The notes under the pieces are model-generated. The model saw only the letters and a program-made list of their open reading frames with translations, did no database searches and was not told the DNA's origin. From Selaginella moellendorffii (taxonomy: Eukaryota > Plantae > Lycopodiophyta): a stretch of 64,000 nucleotides of DNA. The DNA lies in contig NW_003314281.1 of assembly GCF_000143415.4 (NCBI RefSeq), forward strand, positions 2,197,710-2,261,709. Direction: 5' to 3'. Position numbers and translations under genes: made by a program. The first letter of the stretch is position 1. Every line of letters begins with the position of its first letter. Below, piece by piece: positions 13,427 through 24,779 of this stretch.

Positions 13427-14483
13427 ATGAAAAATTGGCGCCCTTTTACCATACCTCAAGGCCCTAAGGTATGGAGTAAACTTTCCAACATCCAAAGGCA
13501 ACTTAAGTACGACACCGCACCTTCTCAGGCCGAGTCCTCTTCATCCTCGGCAGATTCCAGTGACTTAGATCTACAAGCTATGGCACAGCCGCCTTTAGCT
13601 AGACCTCAGCTCCATGTTCTACAGAGGGGGAGTGATCTACCGACCTTTTTAGGTGTTGGAACAGTCTCTCCAACATCGGATATCAGTCGCTTTGATTACT
13701 ACTGCACCACAAACATGATCGTCGATAATGATCATATGTGCCGTGACTTCTTGCAATCTCTTGAAGGCAAAGCAGCAACTTGGGCAGATTCTCTCCTTCC
13801 AAAGGACCGAACAGACTTCCAGACACTACTTACTTCTTTCAAAGAACGTTTCATGGAAGAAAAACCCACAAATCGGCTACTTGTCGACCTTTTTTCGTTC
13901 CGGCAGGGTGCTCACGAGTCTGTTCCTGACTACATCACAGGGGTTTCAAGCATATTTAAAGCAGTGTTGGGATCATAGAGTGGTCCAAGATGAGCAACAG
14001 GGGATCACAGCATTCACAGTAGGTCTGCGTGGGAACTTGCAGCGAAAACTTCCTAAGAAGACATTCAGCTCTTGTCGCGAGGCATTTTCATTTGCTTCGA
14101 AGCTGGAAAGAGAGCTTCTTGTTGACTTGGGGATTGCTAGAGTTGATTTCGACCAAGCCAGCACCCCATCAGAGTCACCTTGTGCAGCTGTTCGCCCGTC
14201 CACAACAAAGCCTATCGCTATTGAGCATACACCTCTGGCTATTGAGAACTTTGCCAATGAGATGCGGCAGCTGAAGGAGATCATTCTTCAACAACAATCA
14301 CACCAGGAAAAACTGCTCTATTTCAGGCGACAGACTATTTCACAAAATGGGTTGAGACCACCCCTCTGTGACAGGCAGATCAACAGTCTACAACAAAGTT
14401 TGTCTACGAGTACATCATTTACCGATTTGGAGTTCCTGCTGTTTTGGTTTCCGATCGTGGCAGCGGCTTCCTTGGAAAGGTGA
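13427..14483 (+). pseudogene. gag: Retrotransposon gag (frameshifted)
   Basis: FLQSLEGKAATWADSL...FQTLLTSFKERF...FRQGAHESVPDY is a Retrotrans_gag pattern; continues in a second frame (13728..14483). Confidence 0.85.
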
Positions 14484-14509
14484 TGTAGCATCTTCTCCAG
14501 CAGCTGCAA

Positions 14510-15110
14510 GTCAAGCACGTGAAGAGCAGCAGCTATTATCCTGAGTGCAATGGCCAGGCAGAGTCCAGCAACAAGATATTGAAGACAGTCATCTCAAAGC
14601 TTGTGGAGGATCACCCAAGGCGTTGGCACGAACACTTGGTTACGGCGTTGTAGGCCTTTCAGACGTCCTTCAAGACATCCATCTCTACAACTTCATTCTC
14701 CCTTGTCTATGGGATAGAGGCTGTGCTTCCAGTGGAAATCCAGGTGCCATCACTCTCACTTTCACTTCGATATGCAGTAGCGACGCAGCTTAGTGATGAG
14801 GACAAGCTTCATACACGTGACTTGGAGGTTCTTGCCTTGCAAGAACAGCGACAATCCACATCAGAACATCTCCTTCGGGGCAAGTAGAAGATCAAGTCAG
14901 TCATTGATCACCAGCAGTCTACCGAACCATTCGAGGATGGCGATCTTGTTATACTCAAGGAGTTTACGCCACTTTCGAAGTTCTCCCCTCGCTGGACCGG
15001 CCCCTACTTTATCCAGCGACACATCGGAGGCAGAGCATATGTACTAGTTGATGCTAATGGACGTGAGCTCCACACACTCACAACCACTCTCATCCTAAAT
15101 GCTTCATCTG
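14510..15110 (+). pseudogene. Integrase C-terminal remnant, Tat/Athila type
   Basis: Reads SSSYYPECNGQAESSNKILK...WHEHLVTAL*AFQTSFKT...LVYGIEAVLPVE and KFSPRWTGPY; contains stops and frameshifts. Confidence 0.85.
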
Positions 15111-16249
15111 GTGAGGCGTTCCTTTTCTCTTCTTTTTCTTTTTCTTTTTCTTCCTTTCTTTCACTTTACTTTCATGGCTACTTTTCTTACTTTCAAAGGG
15201 TGTTTCTCCATTGGACCATGACCCATGCCTTGAATTTCGCGCTTAGGCTGCATTGCCGTTTGTATGGAGGTTCCTCGCTTGGCTCGGTCTATGTTCTAGG
15301 TTCTTTGGCCCTTCCCTTACCATTACTACACCCCACACATTCCCCTCACTCATTCCATATCATCTACACTCACAGTTCCATCACCAATCACTTCCAGCAG
15401 TGTTGCCCACACTTATCTCTAGATGCCCGTCTTGCATCTTTCATTCTTTCAAAATCATTCACATCTCCACTTGAGGTCACATTTACACCATACCACGGAC
15501 ACATATACATGCACCAGTAGCAATAGACACCACCTCATTTGGACGTGCCGTTTCCGAGATATCCTTACGACCATTTGCCGATGACGCATTAGCTTTTTTG
15601 GAGCAACTTTCTTCCAACCGGGTGAACCTGTTCACTCAAGGCACCTAGGTGGATCTTTAAGTGAGGCCACAGAAGCCGAAGCCACTTTCTTCTGCTCCAG
15701 CACTCAGTGAACACATGCCACCTCTCTTTACTAGCAACCCAGCAACTACGCCATCCTTTTCAGCTGCTGACTTCTTCAATCCGACATATCAGACTGGCCA
15801 CCTTCTCAGAGTACCACCACCATCTTGGCACTCCACCATATCACTCCACCATATCGGTGCTGGAGTAGGCGCAGGAGTAGGAGCGAGAGCGGGTGGTTAC
15901 TAGTTACAGGTATCCGGCTACTAGTTACCGATTACCGGTTACTGGCTACTCCGAGTGGTCAGCGCTTACTCTACGGGCCAACGGTTATCAATGGCTCCCT
16001 TTTCAGAGTGCCACCACCATCTCGGCTCTCCACATTTAGTATTGTGAGACACAAATCTCTAAGCCCCAAATTGAAGCAAAGAGGGTGCTATATGGTAGTG
16101 GCTAAAGCGAAAGCCAAACGAGTGTAACACGTTTGGACTAAATGTTACAACTCAAAAAATCCAAAGTGGGAGTGGAATTCCTAATAACGTGCTTGAGAAG
16201 TAAGCATGAAGCAATCAATAAGCAAGCCTATAAAACAGGGACACAAAAG

Positions 16250-17515
16250 GACTAACACATGGTACGTGAAAGTGTTGGGACCGAGGCTGAAGCTGGAGCT
16301 GGAGCTAGAGTTGGTGAATTTGGTGCCAACACTAGCATGACTTCTCCACTTGAACTAAAAAAAGATGAGAGGGTAATTATTGACTCTTGTTTCACATTCA
16401 CTTTGGCTAAAGTGCATCTTGACACTTTGACTGGAGATCTAATAACTTGAATTTTCTTCGACTTGAAATTCTGCAAATCCCATTGTTATCCACCCTCGTC
16501 CATACCAGAAAGAAGAAACTCTAAGTATGCAACTATACCAGTGTTGTTGCGAATCACAGCCTCTACAGAAATAGAGCCAATATGAAAATCAAAACACCGA
16601 CATAAAAAACTTTCAAAAACAATACTTTGAGAGAATGAAAGAGGTGGGTGATCTCGAAAATGAAAAAAAAACCTCTTTATCCTTCTCAATAGGTTTTGGA
16701 GTTCCTTCTCTTTACACTATTTGTAAAAATCCATAGCAAAACATATTTGAAATTTAAATAGAGCAATAAGAAGAATGTCAACAACGTACAAAATGAATTT
16801 AAATTCTATAGCAAATTTAACATGTTCAAGTGTGATAATATTGATATTACTGTAATCTATTATGATGTTTGATGCATGTATACACATAGATCCAATGAAG
16901 GATTTTCAATATGTGAAGTTTGATAGTCAATAATGATATCAGTAATGACATTCTGCTATAGCGTGTCAATCCAAGGGATTCAAACTGATTGTCAGCACGT
17001 CTAATGTGTCAAGTCATCAAATCTTAAGTGGTAGATGATAATAAATCTTGTCAAATCTTATTCTTCAATGAGAGGTTTGATTCGTAATGCAACTCAAGTT
17101 TTATCCATAATTGTGAACACTACTCAATGATATTTAAAGCATGTGCCTATTGTTTAGGATCTAATACAATACAAAATAAATTTCTGGATGAGGATTCATC
17201 CATTCATAGATGGATATAGTAGAATATATTTTAACGTGCCTTATTTATACTCTTTAAAGTTCTTATAATGATTCCAAAATATTTATAAAATATTGATGAG
17301 AATGTATCATTTCTAGATAATTTGTAAAAAAAGAAAATGTTGATAGGTGCTAGTTATATCATCATTAAAATATACAAAATAAAGAACCATAATTCACATA
17401 TAATAACAATGATAAGATAAAATAAGATCAAAGATATTGTGATGGTTGAGATTTAGGTTATTCAGAATGAATGGCCAGGATGAGAGATTGGTTAGGGTTA
17501 GGACAGCCATCAAGA
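16250..17515 (-). mobile_element. MULE-like element remnant: transposase 5' part and upstream region
   Basis: Colinear but more diverged homolog of ~51455-52692 (RCTLAKVNVKQES and FRDHPPL ORF fragments). Confidence 0.7.
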
Positions 17516-17544
17516 TTATGGTTAGGGTAGCTGCCAAGATTAGG

Positions 17545-17832
17545 TTACTGTTTGCACCGTGAGTGGAGCGCGCAAGAGATCAAGGGATTGAGCGTGAAGG
17601 AGATCAAGGGATTGAGGGCGAAGGAGATCGAGGGATTGAGTGCACAAGAGATTGAGCAATTGAGCACGTAAGAGATTGAGTGATTGAGCATGTAAAAGAT
17701 TGAGAGATTGAATGTGGAGCGCGTGAGTGCGAGAGATTGAGCGTGCAAGTGGGAGAGATTGAGTGTGGGAGAGTGCAGGAGATGGAGCACACTAGTGTGA
17801 ACATGAGTTGAGATTGAGAGTGAGAGAGTGTG
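17545..17832. repeat. GAGATTGAG-type GA-rich low-complexity repeat
   Basis: Repeated GAGATTGAG/GGGATTGAG motifs; similar tracts at ~40690-40815 and ~52730-52856. Confidence 0.75.
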
Positions 17833-17959
17833 AGAAATTCAACACAATCGAGAGATCGGGAAGGAAAGATGCCACCAAGGGTGAGTTTCAATTTGATTGC
17901 TTCCATTTCCATGTTTTTTCTTGTTTTTTCTATCACCTTTTGTCACTAACCCAAGCTCA

Positions 17960-18556
17960 ACCTCGGGTAGTTTGGCTGCCCAAGGGACCAAGATTATTTG
18001 AATAACCTCAGCCCTTTGGATGGCCAAAGTGCCCAAAGTTGAGCTTGGGCCAGCCACCTCGAGCACTTTGGCCACCCGAGGGGCCAAGGTTATTTAAATT
18101 ACCTTGGCCCCTCGGGCAGCCAAAGTGCCCGAGGTCAAGCTTGGGCAGGCCACCTCGGGCACTTTGGCCACCCAAGGGGTAGAGGTTATTTGAATAACCT
18201 CGGCCCCTCGGGCAGTTAAAGTGCCTAAGGTCGAGCTTAGGCAGGCCACCTCAGGCACTTTGGCCACTCGAGGGGCCAAGGTTATTTGAATAACCTGGGC
18301 CCCACGGGCAGCCAAAGTGCCCAAGGTTGAGCTCGGGCAGGCCACCACGGGCATTTTGGCTACCCGAGGGGCTGAGGTTATTTGAATAACTTAGGTCCCT
18401 TGGGCAGTCAAAGTGACTGAGGTCGAGCTCAGGCTGACCACCTTGAGCACTTTGGATGACAAGGAGGCCGAGGTTATTTAAATAACCTCAACCCCTAAAG
18501 CCCCTAAAGTGCCCAAGGTCAAGCTCGAGCCAGCCACCTCGGGCACTTCGGTCACT
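17960..18556. repeat. Tandem array of ~6 doubly palindromic 96-bp units
   Basis: GGTTATTT(G/A)AATAACC core at ~17992, 18088, 18184, 18280, 18376, 18472; CCAAAGTGCCCGAGG...CCTCGGGCACTTTGG arms between the cores. Confidence 0.9.
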
Positions 18557-19199
18557 TTGGAAAAATTGTAGATGAAACAACCTCTCCAATCTTGACTTGT
18601 CACAAAATAATGAAACTCTATTGAAGGGAAGATAGCATGCATATAAGAGGGAGAACAAACTATCAATGGTATAACTCTTATAATTAATCGGCGCCTCTTG
18701 CTCTTAACCCCATTCATTTCAACAGTATTATTCCTCTTATAATCAATTACACAAGTCTTAATATCTAAAGCATTGAATGATTGTGTCTGGAAAGAACATG
18801 TGAAATCTATGTTTATAGTAGATTTGTCCAATAAATATATCTTACCATTTGAAAAGTTAAAGTACTGTTAAAAAGTTGACATATCACTAGAATCTAGGAA
18901 GCAATTGCCATTAAAGAGAATGAAAATCATGACTATTGATTGTGACCGTTAGTTTTTAGGGTTTTATGGCTAAGGTTTAAGCAAGGAAGGGTGAGAGAAA
19001 AGCACTTGAATCTCACAATGTGCTTCAAGATGGTTCATTAGAATGCTAAATGCTCTTCAAGACACTAGAAAGACACTCCTCAATCAAGGTATGCCTCTCA
19101 ATCTCCCTATGTGCTACTTTTCCATCTCCCCATCTCTTGCTCCTAGCTCACCAGCAACTTGCATCTCACGGCTACTTTGTGCAGGAATGATCAATTTGG

Positions 19200-19470
19200 A
19201 AGCAAACCGAACTTCCTAGCACATTAGATTCTAGGTTTTTTTTTTTTCTTGTTGTTCCCTTGGTGCTGTAAGATCAGTTTAGTGACGAACCGATCTTCCC
19301 AGTGCCAAGGGAATTGCTTCTTTTCTTTTCTTTTTTTTCCCTTGGTATTGGAAGATTGGTTCACTGCCATACCGATCTTCCCAACGCTAAGGGAGCTACA
19401 TTTTTTTCTTTTTTTCTTTTGTTCCCTTGGCACTAGAAGATTGGTTTGGTAATGAACCGATCTTCCCAAC
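19200..19470. repeat. Array of ~84-bp palindromic units (3-4 copies)
   Basis: GAAGATYGGTT...AACCGATCTTCC hairpin cores; inverted homolog of 39345-39812. Confidence 0.8.
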
Positions 19471-19554
19471 AAGGAATTCGCTCTTATTTTTCTTTAAAAC
19501 TTTTTTTAATGTTTACTCAAGTGTTTTTGTCATTTTTATGTAGACATATAAATC

Positions 19555-22118
19555 ATGCCACAACAGAAGAAGCATGCCAATCAACCTTAATGGACCTATT
19601 CTCCAGAAAAGCAACTAGATCATTGTGCTAGATTCACTAAGGACACTTCAGAAGTTCAAAGAACCACTTTAGAGGAAGACCATGGTGGGAGCAGTGGTGT
19701 CTAGATCTAAGTGATGGTTGATCCTGATCCAAACCTCTACGTGGCATAGAGAAGCTGCTCTAGGTTTGTATAGAGAAGGGCATTCTCTTAGCATTCAAGA
19801 ATGTAGAGGCCTTGATCATGCTGGAGACAAATGGTTCTAGAGAGTGTGGAAATGTAGAACCTATCTATAGTGCAGGAGAAGCTGCTGGTGGTGGTGGAAA
19901 TGAGGCACCTAGTACCATAGGTGGTGGGGCAGATCTTGGTGGCAGAAATGAGGCACCTGGTGCCATAGGTGGTGGGGCAGATCTTGGTGGTGGAAATGGC
20001 AAACATATTTCTATTGTTGAAGGTCACAAAAATGAGGTGGTAACTATGCTAAAGGCTAATACAATCTTAATGTGCGAGTACATGAGACTATTGTCTAGGC
20101 TCAAGAACAAACTATCAACAGGGTGTGATGTGAAATGGCTTGGAAAGGACACCCAACATCTTCAAATTCCACTTTGCCGTCTTAAGTAGAGTCACTGGAT
20201 GCGCTCAGCCTACAACCTCAACATGGCTATTTATACCTCTTTCACAAAGGTTGGATTCAGGCACACTACTGGATCATTTATTGTGTCATCATCATTCCCC
20301 AGAACAAATCACATAGACATGGTTACTCACGAGATTGAGCAGACTTGGGATCAAAGGAAATCTCAAGAGTTTGATACTTTGATGGTGTCCCACAAGGAGA
20401 CACAAGCCTTTGTAGGCCGGATGTTCTTCATTATTGATGGAAATCACCGGTGGCTTGCGTTTTGGAGGTGTATCCAAGAGAAGTTCTAGGACGATGACGA
20501 GTGACATATTTGTGTTCCAGTGACACTTATGGAGTTATAGGATCGAAACCAAGCTGTGAGGCTCAACTTGGCATGTCACAAGATCAACATGTAAGAATCT
20601 TTTACAAGTAACCTTTGTTCTCACCAACTATGTTATAGGCTTAATCAATTTGCTTTCCAAGCACATATCTTGGTCCATGATATTGAGCACCTTCAATATG
20701 TTACCATCCTTTCTCTCGAGAAAATCCAGATGCTGTATAATCGTGAGGTTATGCAAGTAGTTCAAGCAAAGCTTGTAGCATGTAAAGGCCAAGAGTTGCT
20801 TACTTGGTATCAGGTGCTTATGGATTTTTTGGTTGCGGTCTGGGCAAAAGTATCCTTTTCTTGCATAAACTTGTGTTTTCTACTCACAAATTTTCCTTAG
20901 CCAATTGTCAAGGTAGAGCAAAACTTGCAAGTGACGGATGAGGGGCAAAAGAACCTTGAACTACGACAAATTGAGCAGCGTATTTTGAACTTGAAAAAGT
21001 CAAAGGTGAAGAAGCTACTTGCAATTGTAGACATCTGATGTGATAAAGATTGGTTGGATTGCATTACAGAGATATGCTCTGATGGCAGTAAGTTAATCCC
21101 TTTTATCTTTCTCATTCCACTTTGAAGTCCTTGTCCTTGCAGGAAATGGTAAAGCACATGAAGAATTGATTTATAACATTGCAAAAAGCAAACTCTCCTT
21201 CAATGAACAAACCTCTTGCTTGGAGCTCCTCAACACTTGCCATTATAGCAATGATAAGAGTTTGCAAAGCAAGCTTGAGAATGTGATGAAGGAAAAGCTT
21301 TATATCACTCAAAGTATTATAACTATTAAGGAGCTACTTCAAACATGGGATACGAAGTTCCTTACTAGTGCCCGCACTAACATAACACTTCTAGAATATA
21401 ACCAAACTTTGCTTCAAGAGCTTGGGGATGGATGGCTTCCTAATGGCAACTCAAGCTCTATAGATTTCAAGAACTAACCGGGCCAATTGTTTTTCTTATG
21501 CCACATGGCATATAGGTATATTGCAAGAAATTGACTTGCTTATTTAATCATGGCTATTTTGTAGGTATTTAAATAATTGCTCAAATGCTCTAATGTACAT
21601 AGCAAGAGTTTTTCTCAAGCTCTTAACTGGTGAGAAGAAGCTTAGCATGTATAAGCCAATGTTCCATTGTCCCACTGTGTGGGAGCAAGAACTTTGTCCA
21701 TGGTACTTGGAGTTGTGGAGGCAAATGCCATCATCACCTTTTGAGCTCAATCTCATCCAGGTTTGACGAGTAAAACTTCCTAGCAATAACTTATGTTTCT
21801 ACTTTATTGTAGAGCCACTTTTTGAGGGAGTGGAGATGCCTCAGGATAGAGATGAAATTCATATTGAGCAGACCAAAAAGGAACAAGAACAAGTGGAGAA
21901 CCCGACTGAAAACTCTCCTGCCCCATCTCATCCTACAGCAGTTGCTCATTCCCCAGATCCTACTGCTGCTGCTCGTCTAGCCCTGACTACTCAAAATGTA
22001 CGAAGGTAGCTCCATAGTGTGGATGTTCAAGAGAGTAAGAACTTGATTTCCAATGACCTTGCTTATTGTAATTTTGTTGTAGACATCGGAGAAACTAGCT
22101 AGCACTCTATACACCGAC
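19555..22118 (+). pseudogene. Spliced ParB/sulfiredoxin-like domain pseudogene, transposon-associated
   Basis: IPLCRLK...FFIIDGNHRWLAFW (DGNHR at 20436-20450); short introns (e.g. GT at 20591); several in-frame stops. Confidence 0.65.
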
Positions 22119-22124
22119 GTACAA

Positions 22125-23495
22125 ATGCATTCTTTCCATCCCTCCCCACTGCTACAGAGGATGACCTCTCTTGCCAGAGATGCTATAGAAGATGCTAAGT
22201 CTGAGTCAAAAGAGGAAGAGCCAAATGTTGCAACACTGCAGCGTATGACTCAGGAAGTTAAAGTTGAGAACTTACAAAGGGAAGTTCGCAAATTGAAAAA
22301 GGAGAACAAAAAGAGGAAGAAAGAAGCTGAGGTGGCTAAACCAGCTAAATCTAAGCAATCGGACTCCTCTTCAAGTTCTGAGAACAATGACGTTCTGCAA
22401 CTACCTCCGATTGCATGAGTTTCAAACTTCAAACCTCCAAAACCTTCCAATTTCAGAGGTATGTAGGACTATCAGGTTTTGGAAGACTGGGTCTATGATA
22501 TAGAAAATTATTTAATAGTGGCAACGTAGATGATCATACGAAAATTGCCTGTATGCAATCCTTTCTCACCGATCATGCCAAAACTTGGTGGTGCCAAGTG
22601 TGTGCTGAAAAAGGGCAGACTAGAAGTTGGACCAAGATGCAATCTTGTATCCATAAGGAATACTTGCTAGATGATCTTGGTCTGAGACTTCGTGTGGAGC
22701 TGTGGCGGTTAAAGTAGCAAGGGGACCTTATGTATTATATTAATGTGTTTGCTTATGATTGCCAATATGAGTGATGAAAATGCTCGGAATTATTTCCCAA
22801 GTTTAAGTTCACTTTCTCGCAATGAGATTTTGAAATTTAAGCTGAAGACATACCTAGAGTGTAAGGAGGTAGTGCAATAAGTTGCCTTTAGTCACTCGCT
22901 TATGGAACAATATTAGCAGCCATATGCTAGTACCTCAAACAAGAATAATAATTCTAGGAATAAACAAGGTGATCGAAAACAAAGGGTGGAAGGAAGATTC
23001 TGCCCTAGAGGCTCACAAGCAACAATTAATAAAGGTGGTGGTGGTTGGAGACCACCAGCAGTTTCTTCTGGTCCTAGGCCTTCTGTTCCTCCTCCTAGTG
23101 GGTACAAGTAGGAATAACCTATGCTCCTAGTGGAACGGGTAGTGTGGGTCATTGTGGAGAATTAGGACATAGGTCCTCGGAATGTCCTAACAAGCATAAA
23201 ACAAGGTCTCGTGTTAATGTCATGAGGGAAGACAGTAGTGGTGAAGCTGAAGGGGTTAATAAGTTGGTCAATGCAGACTAATGAGGAAGAGGAGGTGAGT
23301 TACTTTTGTTGCTTTTATCAAGCTTTTCTCGCAGTCAATACAAACATTGATCCATTGATATATCTGGTAGGCTTTGTCTGTAGACACTAAATTCGAGTGA
23401 TGATTAACAAAGGAGCTATGCACAGTGTGATATCCAAAAACTTAGTTAGGTTGTTAGGATTGAATGCTAAGTAGATGTTGCCCATACACTTCCGG
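22125..23495 (+). pseudogene. gag: gag with degenerate zinc knuckle and N-terminal half of protease
   Basis: KPPKPSNFRG...DYQVLEDWVYDIENY; HCGELGHRSSECP (~23150-23190); RVMINKGAMHSVIS as a decayed DSGA motif. Confidence 0.8.
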
Positions 23496-24423
23496 TGTCG
23501 CGCATGTGACTTCGGGTATCGAAAGTTACCTGTCGACTAGTCCTTACGGACACTCTTACCTTACTGCCACGATGGCAGGAGGTCGGTATTGCTGGACCCT
23601 TTATCAGTCCCTCTTGTGCTAGTGGAGTTAACTGGGCATTTCGAGTGTACTTAGACCGGACGAGCATAAGGACGGAATTCCTACGTGTTATTAGCTAAGC
23701 ATACTTAGCCCGGTAAGGAGTTCCCGTCTCGTTTTGTCTTGCACTTGCTAGTGACAAGAACCCTCGCGTATTGAGATTAGTCCCTCAATATCGCTACATG
23801 ATAGCTTACCGTGTCTGCCAAACACCCTCGCTATCATGCCCTTTGTGTTAGTCTCATTTCGGTCCCAAATGCTATTTATGGAAAGTGTCCAGATTTGCTC
23901 ATTTGGCATATCTACGGAATGTAGAGATCGTCCTGAACACAATGGTGTTCGTCCCGTGTCCAAATTCGCAATCTAAGGACATTCCATATTTAGTAAGTTT
24001 CGAGCTTATCCCAGAGACTAACTCCTAATACTAAGGGAGGCTTGGGGTGAAAGCCCAAAGCGTGTGTTCCTCAAGGGGGGGGGCTGTGGGGGGTTCCAAA
24101 TGTATAGTAGGGATAGTGGGTAGGTCGGGCATGGCCGACCAACCTGAGGCATAGTCTAGCTCCCGCTTGCGTGCCTGTCCTTGTTCTGCGTCCGGCTTGG
24201 GTCTAAGCCCAAGTTCCATTCCATGCTAGTTGGTGGAGTACCCATATCCTCGCGTTAGGCCACCGGTATGCCGAAATAGCGCCAGACTCTGTTTGGCTCC
24301 GTTTTGCGTGCTGGTCCTGGCATTGGGATGCTGGTTGCTCTAGGACTGTTCCAAGTCGCTCCGGGCTCCTGTCCCTTCGCTCCTTGGGCTATATGCTCGG
24401 GAGTTGCTCCGTGGTCCGGTTTC

Positions 24424-24779
24424 NNNNNNNNNNNNNNNNNNNNNNNNNNNNNNNNNNNNNNNNNNNNNNNNNNNNNNNNNNNNNNNNNNNNNNNNNNNNN
24501 NNNNNNNNNNNNNNNNNNNNNNNNNNNNNNNNNNNNNNNNNNNNNNNNNNNNNNNNNNNNNNNNNNNNNNNNNNNNNNNNNNNNNNNNNNNNNNNNNNNN
24601 NNNNNNNNNNNNNNNNNNNNNNNNNNNNNNNNNNNNNNNNNNNNNNNNNNNNNNNNNNNNNNNNNNNNNNNNNNNNNNNNNNNNNNNNNNNNNNNNNNNN
24701 NNNNNNNNNNNNNNNNNNNNNNNNNNNNNNNNNNNNNNNNNNNNNNNNNNNNNNNNNNNNNNNNNNNNNNNNNNNNNNN
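24424..24779. other. Assembly gap
   Basis: N run. Confidence 1.

Larger units (their letters stand above)
12031..16032 (+). mobile_element. Tat/Athila-like Ty3/gypsy deletion derivative, family 2 (5' LTR, PBS, gag, integrase C-terminus; no PR/RT/RH; 3'-truncated)
   Basis: LTR 12031-12224 (TG...CA), PBS at 12227, gag and integrase motifs, 12-bp GCGGCTACTCCA-type repeats at ~13110-13235. Confidence 0.8.

Noticed and set aside
13436-13445. TGGCGCCC as a PBS upstream of gag
   Set aside because: No LTR end next to it; a better PBS follows the LTR at 12227.
17490-17530. TTAGGG telomere-like motifs (also ~40629, ~52670)
   Set aside because: Only about two units; more like telo-box or promoter motifs than a telomeric array.
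17960-18556. CRISPR-like look of the regularly spaced palindromes (also 39345-39812)
   Set aside because: Sequences between cores are themselves repeats, not unique spacers; no cas genes; eukaryotic context.
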